A stretch of DNA of 63,226 nucleotides, counting the filler, from Octopus bimaculoides (Eukaryota), in the NCBI RefSeq assembly GCF_001194135.2. It is 4 parts of 4 records of this genome, joined end to end, with 100 filler letters (N's around TTAATTAATTAA, not from the genome) between each part and the next. Parts side by side here need not be neighbours in the genome. Positions count along the whole stretch, not along the records: positions 41,666 to 57,644 come from NC_068991.1; positions 57,745 to 63,226 come from NC_068994.1; 2 more parts are not named here. One strand, given 5' to 3'. The position numbers were made by a program, and so were the translations under genes. The notes under the pieces were generated by a model. It was given only the letters and a program-made list of their open reading frames with translations, was not told where the DNA came from and ran no database searches. This document shows positions 52,881 through 63,226 of this stretch, piece by piece. How positions within the stretch are numbered: position 1 is the first letter of the stretch; every line of letters starts with the position of its first letter.

Positions 52881-53262
52881 GGCTGTGCGGTAAGTAGCTT
52901 GCTTACCAACCACATGGTTCCGGGTTCAATCCCACTGCGTGGCACCTTGGGCAAGTGTCTTTTACTATAGCCGCGGGCTGACCAAAGCTTTGTGAGTGGA
53001 TTTGGTAGACGGAAACTGAAAGAAGCCCGTCGTACATATGTGTATATATATATGTATATATAATGTGTGTGTGTTTGTCCCCCTAGCATTGCTTGACAAC
53101 CGATGCTGGTGTGTTTACGTCCCCGTAACTTAGCGGTTCGGCAAAAGGGACCGATTGAATAAGTACTAGGCTTACAAAGAATAAGTCCCGGGGTCGATTT
53201 GCTCGACTGAAGGCGGTGCTCCAGCATGGCCGCAGTCAAATGACTGAAGCAAGTAAAAGAGT
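52881..53262 (+). mobile_element. Near full-length SINE family B
   Basis: tRNA-like head (GGTTCAATCC B box), GGCACCTTGGGCAAGTGTCTT central motif, internal (TA/TG)n, and an AAATGACTGAAGCAAGTAAAAGAGTA tail. Confidence 0.88.
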
Positions 53263-53410
53263 ATCACCGTAACGAATTTGTTAAATATATTAGCGAAATT
53301 TAGAAATACTCTCCACTCACAAAGATTTATACTGAGAAATATGAAACCAAGAAATGCGTCTGCAGACAGTGGAATGCAATTAATATACTAACATATACGC
53401 GAATATAAAA

Positions 53411-53772
53411 TTAAAGAAGTGATTTTAAATTCTCAATCGCAGGATAATGCTAATAATATAGCCTGAACAGGATAAACTACCCCTATTTTGCAGAACAAAG
53501 TGTAGGTGGTTAGCTATAAGACTCGAACTCATACCTCCGTATTTACGTGTCGCGATGCTCTGACCGATTGAGCTAAGCTCCTCCATTTCCGATTCCTCTG
53601 CAAATTTAAGATATATAGAAAACTCGCTTTATGAGACGCTATCATGTGTTAAATTCAAATTACGATAAACGTAAACAAACAAACGAAGTTTGCTTTTAGA
53701 AGCGTTGAGATGTCTTAGAAAGTTAAAGAAGTGATTTTAAATTCTCAATCGCAGGATAATGCTAATAATATA
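53411..53772. repeat. Identical 50-bp direct repeats 312 bp apart
   Basis: TTAAAGAAGTGATTTTAAATTCTCAATCGCAGGATAATGCTAATAATATA at 53411-53460 and 53723-53772. Confidence 0.95.
53505..53582 (-). pseudogene. tRNA-like sequence (tRNA pseudogene or SINE head)
   Basis: TAGCTCAATCGG A box, GCTC/GAGC D-stem and ATGAG-TTCGAGT-CTTAT T-arm; the anticodon arm does not pair. Confidence 0.7.
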
Positions 53773-54311
53773 CTCGAATATATTTTAAAGTACTAATTAC
53801 AATATTCCCTATGTCTCTAAAGAAAGTAAAATCTATTTTGTAGCAGAATGAAAGATAGCGTTCAAGACGTTTAACATGGATTCTGAGACTAATAGAAGAC
53901 AAGGAGGGGAGAATATTTCACACAAATTGGATGCCTAACTCAAATGCTCACAAGCGGATTCTATTAATGTAACCAAAGACCAGAAAATGATGCCAGATAA
54001 CAGTGCTGAGATGGGGTCCAGTAAGTCTACCAACGCCATAAAAGTTAGATACAGTGAATCAGGCGGTCTTCAGCACCGTTTCTGTCAACCCAGTTTCACT
54101 GAAAAATCTTGGATTGGACTAAGTTCGTAGACAGCTATTCATTGTAGCGATCAGATGGATCGAACCCAGACACTCCGATTTCGAAGGAACCTCTTTAAGC
54201 ATGCATCTTTCAGTACCCCCTTTTATTTGAAATGCCTTTATTATCCAAATGAAACCCAGTATTTTCCTCAAAGACGAAGAACCATATAAGAATTATAGAA
54301 AGGTATAATAA

Positions 54312-54472
54312 ATTATTTACATTTGACGGATATTTGTCCTCATCTTGTTTATTGTTAACACAACTTTTCGGCTGATATATCCTCCAGCCTTCATCAGGTG
54401 TCTTGGAGAAATTTCGAACCTGGGTTCTCACTGCTAAGTTAATTTTCGATGTTGTTGTTGTTGTTGTTGTTG

Positions 54473-54529
<57 letters not shown>

Positions 54530-54593
54530 TTACTGCTTGGAATCGAACTCGGAATGTTGGGGTTAGTAGCCCGCGCTCTTAACCACTGCGCTA
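54312..54593 (-). mobile_element. tRNA-headed SINE-like element with an internal (AAT)n(AAC)n tract and a hammerhead-containing tail
   Basis: A box TAGCGCAGTGG (54583-54593), B box GTTCGATTCC (54539-54548), microsatellite, then a hammerhead motif and a tail shared with 48608-48800. Confidence 0.82.
54357..54402 (-). ncRNA. Minimal type I hammerhead ribozyme motif (one stem III substitution)
   Basis: GACAC-CTGATGA-A-GGCTG(GAGGATATAT)CAGCC-GAAA-A-GTT-GTGTT: stem I 5 bp including G.U, stem II 5 bp. The paralogue at 48.67 kb has GAAAC-GTT. Confidence 0.75.
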
Positions 54594-54859
54594 TATAAAG
54601 TTATAATATAGAAAATTTCAACTCAGAGAATCACTCAAAATTAATGAGAATCCTATTGATCTGTCTTTAAAATATGATGAAGTAGTATCGATTGTGATCA
54701 CTGGCAATTAATAAACACTATCATAGTTATAACAGTAGGTTAATCATTGACATTGAGATATAATCAAAATATCATTATTATCACTGGCACTAACAGACAT
54801 TATCACAGATATAACAGTGGTTAACAGGGGGACATACGATATTATAAAAATACAAATAT

Positions 54860-55050
54860 TAGTTTCAAAATTTGAAACGAGGCAAGCAATTTCGGGAAGG
54901 GGTTGATTGATTATATCGACCCCAGTATTTAACTGGTACTTATTTTATCGCCGCCGAAAGGATGAAAGGCAATGTCGACCACAATGAGATTTGAACTCAG
55001 AACGTAAATATGGATGAAATACCGCTAAGCATTTCGCCCGGTGTGTTAAC
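54860..55050 (-). mobile_element. SINE family A copy
   Basis: Homology to the other family A copies. Confidence 0.75.
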
Positions 55051-55490
55051 TACTCAAAATACAAATATTAACTCAAAGGAATAAATTGAAACAAAAATAA
55101 AAAGACATACAGTTTGGCAAGCCTTGACAAGGGTATTTAATTTAGGTATACCTAATTTAGGTATATAACTAATTTAAATGTCCTGATCAAATCTTGGCCA
55201 AACCGCTTGACTTTTCATTTCTGATGTAATCTATATCTACCTGCTCAAAGGGAAGCCACTTATAGCCACTTCGGAAAGCAGTTACAAAATCACGTGTTGA
55301 ACTGGAGTTCAAACGGGAATTTTTGTGGCATATCTATTTGAACTCTAACATTGTTTATCTAATAGCTTGAGTTAGGCTGACTAAAACTCCTCGTATCGTT
55401 CGTAAGGAAATAAATAGTCACCGCTAGAGATTTAATTGGTTTAGTTCATGAGATAAGATATAATAAAATTACCATTAATATCACTGTTAA

Positions 55491-55530
<40 letters not shown>

Positions 55531-55819
55531 CTTAGATATAATTGTGGTTTATTCGGTGAAGTACGATATGAAAATGCTAATGTTATCATTAGTGCCAAAG
55601 TAGACATGGTCGGAGATATAACTACATTTAAAGTCTCTTTTAAGTATATTCTGCTAATACAGAAAAATCAATATTTTAAGAAACAAATGCGCACACAAAC
55701 ATACGCATTGTACATACACACACATTCATATAATTACACACAAACACAGATACACATATATACATATATATACACAAACACAAATATACATATATACAGC
55801 TCAAACATACATATACAAA

Positions 55820-55856
<37 letters not shown>

Positions 55857-55879
55857 TTACCTCACTCTCTCTATCTGTC

Positions 55880-55939
<60 letters not shown>

Positions 55940-56301
55940 NNNNNNNNNNNNNNNNNNNNNNNNNNNNNNNNNNNNNNNNNNNNNNNNNNNNNNNNNNNNN
56001 NNNNNNNNNNNNNNNNNNNNNNNNNNNNNNNNNNNNNNNNNNNNNNNNNNNNNNNNNNNNNNNNNNNNNNNNNNNNNNNNNNNNNNNNNNNNNNNNNNNN
56101 NNNNNNNNNNNNNNNNNNNNNNNNNNNNNNNNNNNNNNNNNNNNNNNNNNNNNNNNNNNNNNNNNNNNNNNNNNNNNNNNNNNNNNNNNNNNNNNNNNNN
56201 NNNNNNNNNNNNNNNNNNNNNNNNNNNNNNNNNNNNNNNNNNNNNNNNNNNNNNNNNNNNNNNNNNNNNNNNNNNNNNNNNNNNNNNNNNNNNNNNNNNN
56301 N

Positions 56302-56333
<32 letters not shown>

Positions 56334-56987
56334 CTTTATATGCTCACACACACACACTCACATATTTGTGTGGCAATATATATGTACTATGTGTGTGTTA
56401 TATGTTTATATATGTTTATATATATATGTTTATATTGTGTACGTGTATACATATATACACATATATTTGTGTGTATATACTTGTATATGTGCGTGTACGT
56501 GTGTGTTTATTCATGTGTGTACGTATGCATGTGTATTCTTAGTGTATATATGTTTGTATGCGAGCGCTTGCGTTTGAATACTTGTATGTCAAACTTGGAT
56601 CTTGTATCTTCAAAAACAGGACTTTTCATTTCAAAAGCAAAATAAGAATACATTACCAAAAATGTTTATAAAACAAAAATCAAAAACAAAGCATAAAAGC
56701 AACAAGAAAACAAAGAAAGAAACAAACAAAAAAAAGAAATACAATCAAAGAAACAAACAAATATGCAAAGAGTAAAAATGGGCGAACAAAAGAGGAACCA
56801 AGAAGAGAGAATAAAATTCTCGCTAAAAATCAGCGGGGGAAAATAAGAACGTTTTACATAAAATGCATTTTTGCCTCATGAGAAGAGTTGTGGTCTCAAA
56901 ACACAATCAACTGGAATGGCTCTTGGGGAAGTAAATTCCCAAAATTTCGAAATTTCCAGATGTTATATTTCTATTTGTTTACTGGGA

Positions 56988-57035
<48 letters not shown>

Positions 57036-57269
57036 CATATATGTATGTTTATATGTGCAGGTGTACATAGTTTATCAAAAATATAATCAATTTAGATTTT
57101 AAAACCCTCGCTGTGGGCAAAATAAACATGTAAACATATTCTTTCCATGTGCATCAATAGCATGGAGACCATATTTAGTTTCCTAATTCATGGAAATTCG
57201 GTCGTTGTAATTATTTATACATACATACACGCACACATATATATATTTATATATCTATATTTGTGTGTG

Positions 57270-57308
<39 letters not shown>

Positions 57309-57314
57309 AGAGCA

Positions 57315-57618
57315 GTAGTACGTTAGTTACGGCGACGAGGTTCCCAGTTGATAAGATCAGCGGAATAGCTTGCTCGTGAAGTTAACGTGCAAGTGACGGA
57401 GCACCCACAGACACGTGTACCCTTAACGTAGTTCTCAGGGAGATTCAGCGTGACACAATTTGAAAATGCAGGAACTACGCGTTTTATGCCAGTGGAGTGG
57501 ACTGGAGCAACGTGAAATAAAGTTTCTTGCTCAAGGACACAACGCGTTGCCGGGAATTGAACTCACGACAATACGATCTTGAGCCGAATTCCGTAACCAC
57601 TAAGCCACGCGCCTTCAC
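57315..57618 (-). mobile_element. tRNA-derived SINE (family D) sharing its tail with family C
   Basis: Head GAAGGCGCGTGGCTTAGTGGTT...GAGTTCAATTCC, TTGTGTCCTTGAGCAAG central motif and a C-type tail. Confidence 0.82.
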
Positions 57619-57744
57619 GTATATATATTTATATATATATATATNNNNNNNNNNNNNNNNNNNNNNNNNNNNNNNNNNNNNNNNNNNNTTAATTAATTAA
57701 NNNNNNNNNNNNNNNNNNNNNNNNNNNNNNNNNNNNNNNNNNNN

Positions 57745-57793
<49 letters not shown>

Positions 57794-58215
57794 TTTAACT
57801 GACACACAATAACTTCTGTCTACAAATTGGTCTCCGTATATTTCAAATAGCCTTGCATTAAAAATCTGTCGTTACGGTTTTTGTGCGTTCTCACTGAAAA
57901 GTAGATTAGTTATTTCTCATTTTTGTTTATCCAATGTATTTAAATTCAGTTTCGCCACATCCGCCTAAAAACTGATTTCAGTTTATATTCAATTTTGCAA
58001 AAAGTACCTAAATATTGACTTCGCTAGATTTCAATTTTGTTTTCACTCTCATTTTTCAACCGATTCTCTCCCTTTGACTTCTGCAGTTTTCATCTGATTC
58101 TCTCCCTCCTCTTTCCCTATTTACTTATCTCCTCTCTTTCCTTTTCTCCACTCACACCATCTGTCACTGTTCCTCTCTTTAATTTTATGTCTGTTTCTTT
58201 CACTCACTCATTCTT

Positions 58216-58311
<96 letters not shown>

Positions 58312-59843
58312 CCTCCCTCCCTTTAACTGACACACAATAACTTCTGTCTACAAATTGGTTTCCGTATATTTCAAATAGTTTTGCGTTAAGACCTACATCG
58401 TTACGGTTTTTGTACATTCTAACTCAAAAATAACTTAGTTATTTCTCATTGTTATTCACCCAATGTGTCTAAATTCAGTTTCACCACATCTGCCTGAAAA
58501 TTGACTTCAGTGCATTTACACTATCTGTGCGTTCCCCCCCACAACATTACTTTCTTTATTTTAAATTTGTTGCCATATCTGCATTTTGCCATTGAAGCTT
58601 CTAAACTCTGAGACAATGCCATCTAAGAAAAGATCCCGTATTGGTCGCAAAACTGCCGCAGCAGGATGCTCTTTCTACATATGCCTTGCCCCAAACATTA
58701 CGGGAAGCATCAAATTCTCTTCACACATACATTCTTCAAGAAACGTCCTACGACATTGAGACTCTCACTAGATATATCATCGAAACAAAGCCTAAATTGC
58801 TTCCTGACCAGCAACACGCTTACCGTATCATCATTGACTGTTCTCTACCGGAGAGAAGGCATATTTTTCCTGGATGCTCCAGGGAGAAGAGGGAAAATAT
58901 ATGTGACAAAGTTTTTTCTAGCCAAAGTTAGACAGCACAAGGGCATTGCGTTAGCTGTGGCATCCTCTGAGGTTGCGACAACTTTACTGCCTGATGGCAG
59001 AACAGCACACTCTACATTTAAGCTTCCTTTCAATATGACAAGATCTGACACACCTACTTGCCACATCAGTAAGAGCTCAGAAAAAAGCAAAAGTACTGAG
59101 AAAGTGTCAGCTCATTGTATGGGGTGAATGCACCATGACACACAAAGGTCTTGAAGCTTTTGGTCGAACACTAAAAGACATCGGGGACTGTCAGGATTTC
59201 ATGGTGGGGTGTCACTTTTTTATTGTCTGGAGATTTCAGACAGACTCTTCCAGTAATTCCCAAAGGAACCAGGGCAGATGAATTCCGAGTGTGTCTTAAG
59301 CCCTCTCCATTATGGCACCAGGTCACAACATTGCGTCTTAACACTAATATGAGAGCTCAAATGTACGGTGACCAACTGTCGGCAAAATTTGATGAAGACA
59401 TCTTGACCCTTGGCGAAGGCTAAATGCCTCCGGATACACGTGGAGAAATTTTACTCAGCTCAGTTTGCACCACTGTTAGTACCGTTGATGATCTCAAATC
59501 CGTTGTGTTTCCTAAGCTGAGGGAAAATTACAAAAATCTCACTTGGTTGTGTGAAAGGGAAATACTTACTCCAGAAACCAACGTTGTCAATAATATCAAT
59601 GAGCAACTGTAGCAGTGCCTGCCTGGAACTCCACAAATCTTCAAATAAGTTGATACAACATCAAATCCCGATGAGGTAATTCATTATCCCACAGAATTCC
59701 TCAATTCATTGGAACCTCCTGGTCTCCCTCCCCACAGACTGAGACTGAAAGTGGGCACTCCGATAATGTTGCTGACTAGAAAATAAGTGTTCTTAGAATA
59801 ACAAAGCGTTCACACCCCGAGCAACACTGGGTATCTCTGCTAG
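57745..59843 (+). mobile_element. Internally deleted Helitron with PIF1-like helicase remnant
   Basis: FFLDAPG, ALAVASSEVATTLLPDGRTAHSTFKLP, GDFRQTLPVIPKGTRADE and [29 protein letters not shown] motifs with stops and frameshifts; 3' GC hairpin then CTAG|T at 59840-59844. The 5' boundary is uncertain because of a gap. Confidence 0.9.
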
Positions 59844-61052
59844 TTTATTATAAATCTTATAAAAAGTAACATGAAATAAAATAAATGGCAGCACATATTG
59901 AGATATTTTTCTGCAAAGTATTTTGAGTGATGGCATTTGTGCGTCTGAATGTCAGATACACACAAAAAGCCCCCGTCTTTCTAGTTGTATAAAAAGAACC
60001 CACGTCTTAGTAGTTGCATGTGAAAGTAAGAACAAAGCTTTAAGCTAACGTGGGAGCTAAGGTATTATTTTTGTCAAATCTTGTAAAATTATCATTCAAC
60101 AAAATTGCCTTTCTATGTAAAAATTCTCACACTCCTTTCATCATACAATTATATCATGCATAAGCAAAACAGTTTTAGTAATAAAGATACCTAAAGTTTT
60201 TATTTCTCGAAAAACCTGTTAATATTGTACTTGTTTTCGTGGCAATTATGTTGTTGAACATTTTCGACTGTTCTGTAGCTTTTGGGGTTTTTTTGTTTTA
60301 TATTTGCTCTTTGCTTTAAAAGTTTTGCTCCCTTTGTTTTAACATTTTATTTTGTAACTATTGATAGATATTCATCGCTAACATTAACATTATTTTCTTA
60401 AGTATAGCAATTATTATTTGTTGGGTTTTTCTTCTTTCCTTTTTATGGGGCGGACACCTAAAACAATGGAGGCGCCTTCCAGAAGAATATTGGCTGTTTT
60501 GGTTTTAATATATTTCTGCAATAAATCGTAATTCATATTGGGTGTATCCATCTTTCAACTTATGATTAATGGACTTAAATTATAGATCTTAAATGATGAA
60601 TTGCATATAGAGCTTTTGGTCTCGGATATGTCGATCCGAATATACGTGTGACCTTTAATCGGACTTAATGAGGTTTGACTGTCTGGTTGATTTAAAATTC
60701 CATTTGACATAGAAGACTAAAATGGACACATTGTCTGAAATTTGATGTTGTCAACCTTGTTCATAAGCATTATTACTCGTCCTTTCACAGAGATGAGTGG
60801 CTGTAACCGTCATCTATGTGACAATCCTCCATCGGGAGAAATTACTCAACTGTTTCATAAGAAAAACAGACATATCCGAGTAAAAGATGGAGAACAAATA
60901 TGTTCAATGTGCAATGGATTGAGAATATGAGAAGTTTTTACTTTTCTTTTTGTTGTTTTTTTTTTTGAGAAGGTGCTGTCAGATATTTATGGGATTCTCA
61001 TTCACCGGGTTTCGGAACGATCTACCATCTGATCGACACTCTTATAAACTCG

Positions 61053-61115
<63 letters not shown>

Positions 61116-61264
61116 GGCTAAATTTCAGTTTGCGTAAAAGGAAAGGAAAACACAATATCCCATCCATATTTTGATTTTTAAAATACTTTAATATCCCATT
61201 CAAAAATAAAGTATTTTAAAAGTTAAAACATATCAACTAGATTGTAGCTGGGATATAACAATTT

Positions 61265-61640
61265 ACTCAAATTAGTCGCCCTCGGTTTCCACTGCGGCCT
61301 CAAGACAGCTCTGGAACTTGGCACCTGCGTCCTTCAGTGTTTTCCTTAGATGTTCGAATACATCCTTGATGTTGACCAACAGTTTAGCCTTGGTGTCGCA
61401 GCAGAATGGTTGATATCTTTCTCAACTGCGTAGTATCCCACTGAAAGCAATCCAGATTACATTCGGGGGAATGAAGAGGTCATAAATTGGAGCTGGTGAA
61501 GCCATACAAATTCTCCAACAACCACTTTTAACTCTTTCCAGAGGTATAGCCTTTCACCGACTTTCCTTTCCAACAAGGATTTGACTACAGTCTCCAATAT
61601 CTTCATATAACCATCTGAATTGAGCCTAAGGCACCCTATG
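61265..61640 (-). mobile_element. Tc1/mariner-superfamily transposase C-terminal fragment
   Basis: Minus strand LNSDGYMKILETVVK and AVEKDINHS...KAKLLVNIKDVFEHLRKTLKDAGAKFQSCLEAAVETEG, frameshifted. Confidence 0.75.
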
Positions 61641-61654
61641 TATATACTCTTTAC

Positions 61655-61812
61655 TCTTTTACTTGTTTCAGTCATTTGACTGCGGCCATGCTGGAGCACC
61701 GCCTTTAGTCAAGAAAATCGACCCCAGGACTTATTCGTTGTACTTATTCTATCGGTCTCTTTTTGCCGAACCGCTAAGTTACAGAGACGTAAACACACCA
61801 GCATCGGTTGTC
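61655..61812 (-). mobile_element. SINE family B 3' part
   Basis: ACTTGTTTCAGTCATTTGACTGCGGCCATGCTGGAGCACCGCC tail homology. Confidence 0.85.
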
Positions 61813-62814
61813 TAAAAAGATTTTCAAAATTGTTAGTTTCCACGTGAGAATCGCTGTTTTTGTAATCTTTATGTCTTGTTTGTTCCGGCATTAAAACAAC
61901 CAGTTGCTCAGACAGCCAGCACATACCATTTCGCTAGCAACAAGGGGAGTACAGGATGACAGTCAGCCAAAACCGTCGCTATGCTGTTTCTCTTCTTTCC
62001 TCTCTCTGTGGGGTTAATAATCTTAATCTTTAGTTACAGTTTCTCATTTAAACTACATAATAGGCAGAATTGTCGGATTAAGACAGTAGGGTGTTTTGAG
62101 GGAGATTTGGATTTGGCTACTATTTCTACCAGGTCTACCTACCATGTATTTCCCCCTCATTAACTTATACATACATACATGCATACATACATACATACAC
62201 ACACACAAACACACACACACACACATATATATAAAATACTTAAAGAAACCGGCGTCAAATACAAAAGCCAAGGTCCATGCAGTGTCATGGGCCAAAAAAG
62301 TTTCCAACTTCTTGCCTAATCCGAGCCCAGTGCAATCTGTTATGTTTTACACTATTTCAGTATTACGTCTGTACTGTAATGTGATATACTGTCCTGTATA
62401 TTATATATTCCTTATGCCTTCCTTTGCATTTCAAAAAATTAACATAATCTTTTCCATAAATCAACTATCGTAAACATTTTATACGATGACGTCACATTTT
62501 CTATGCGTGTGTGTACCTTAAAAGACATCAATCATCACAACACACACCTTCACTCACTCACTCTATCTCTCTTTCTCACCCTCTTTCTCTCTTACATACA
62601 CACGTGCAAGCACACACGTACACACACACGCACACACACACGTTCATTTCATATAGATGTACATACATCTTTCACTTTTTTCTCTGTTCTTTTCGCTTTC
62701 ACGTCTTTCAATTTCTGCTCTCTTCAAATAGAATTTTTACGGATACAACTGCTTAGAAAAGGGGGATTAATGTATAATTTCTTTCTATGTTTGTTTACAA
62801 TATTGGGAAAAATA

Positions 62815-62975
62815 TGCCACCAAAGAAAAGATGTAATTTCTCTAGAAACAAGTATAAAGCAAGGAGGATTGTAGAAAACCGAAGACGTGAGTCTGAAGAG
62901 AGAAGCTAGATGAGATTTTCTCAACATCAGCAAATGCATGCTGAAGCACTTAATGCCGGATCATTAAATCAATGT
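62815..62975 (+). mobile_element. Possible Helitron ORF N-terminal remnant
   Basis: MPPKKRCNFSRNKYKARRIVENRRRESEERS resembles the MPSKKRSRIGRK start at 58616 and likewise follows a CT/CA-rich tract. Confidence 0.4.
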
Positions 62976-63115
62976 TTTAATAATTAGACAGAGGTCCAAT
63001 AAAATAGCTCTAAGCAATATTGTTAGCCTGGTGTGCCAGCAGAGAGTTTATGAAGTAGTTTGCCCGGATTGATAATCCCACAAGGGTCATTTTTCACAGG
63101 AATTTTCAATGGCGG

Positions 63116-63176
63116 GATAACTGAAGAGATGGCGGCGCGGGTTCCCACCCCGGCATCTGAAACTCGGAGTTTTATC
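63116..63176 (+). ncRNA. Candidate type I hammerhead ribozyme
   Basis: GATAA-CTGAAGA-GATG(...)CATC-T-GAAA-CT(CGG)AG-TT-TTATC: stems I, II and III all pair; one non-canonical extra U before G12. Confidence 0.45.
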
Positions 63177-63226
63177 ATGGCTACCGAATAAGTGTCACAT
63201 ATTTTTACAGATATATATATATGAGG

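Noticed and set aside
53330-53385. GAAATGCGTC resembling the PLE hammerhead 3' half GAAACGCGTC
   Set aside because: No CUGANGA core and no complementary stem I strand upstream
33346-54830. Short tandem duplications (37 bp at about 33.35 kb, 16 bp at 34.33 kb, 28 bp at 36.62 kb, about 83 bp at 54.7 kb) considered as array-like structures
   Set aside because: Only two to four adjacent units without unique spacers; ordinary slippage and not CRISPR-like
60977-61036. GAGAAG|GTGCTGTCAGATATT as the next GPCR exon (VLSDI...)
   Set aside because: Reaches a stop after 19 codons and lacks the basic/Trp helix-8 pattern
47-62939. Most ORFs in the six-frame track (poly-YI, CV, SL, N, HT or X)
   Set aside because: They are translations of microsatellites or N gaps, with no domain content or splice support

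Overview
AT-rich, microsatellite-dense animal genomic DNA with roughly 4.5-5 kb of N gaps. The repeat content (tRNA-derived SINEs, R4/Dong-like and CR1/L2 LINEs, Penelope-like elements, mariners, Helitrons) is most consistent with an octopod cephalopod intron landscape; this is an inference, since no marker gene is present. The only host gene I can support is a + strand class B1 (secretin/PTH-receptor-like) GPCR, seen as two exons: 23779-23917 (TM6-ECL3-start of TM7) and a 42-nt exon at 35122-35163 (rest of TM7). Its other exons were not found and may lie outside the window or in gaps. Nearly all ORFs in the supplied track are microsatellite or transposon artefacts. The most unusual signal is a set of minimal type I hammerhead-ribozyme motifs. 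One sits in the tail of an element that starts with a tRNA-type Pol III promoter (54312-54593), suggesting a SINE-like element mobilised by Penelope-like machinery. A second copy of the same tail (48608-48800) shows the inverted architecture typical of Penelope insertions. Further hammerhead-like folds occur at 36372-36406 and 63116-63176. No CRISPR array or rRNA gene, and no confidently intact tRNA gene, was seen.
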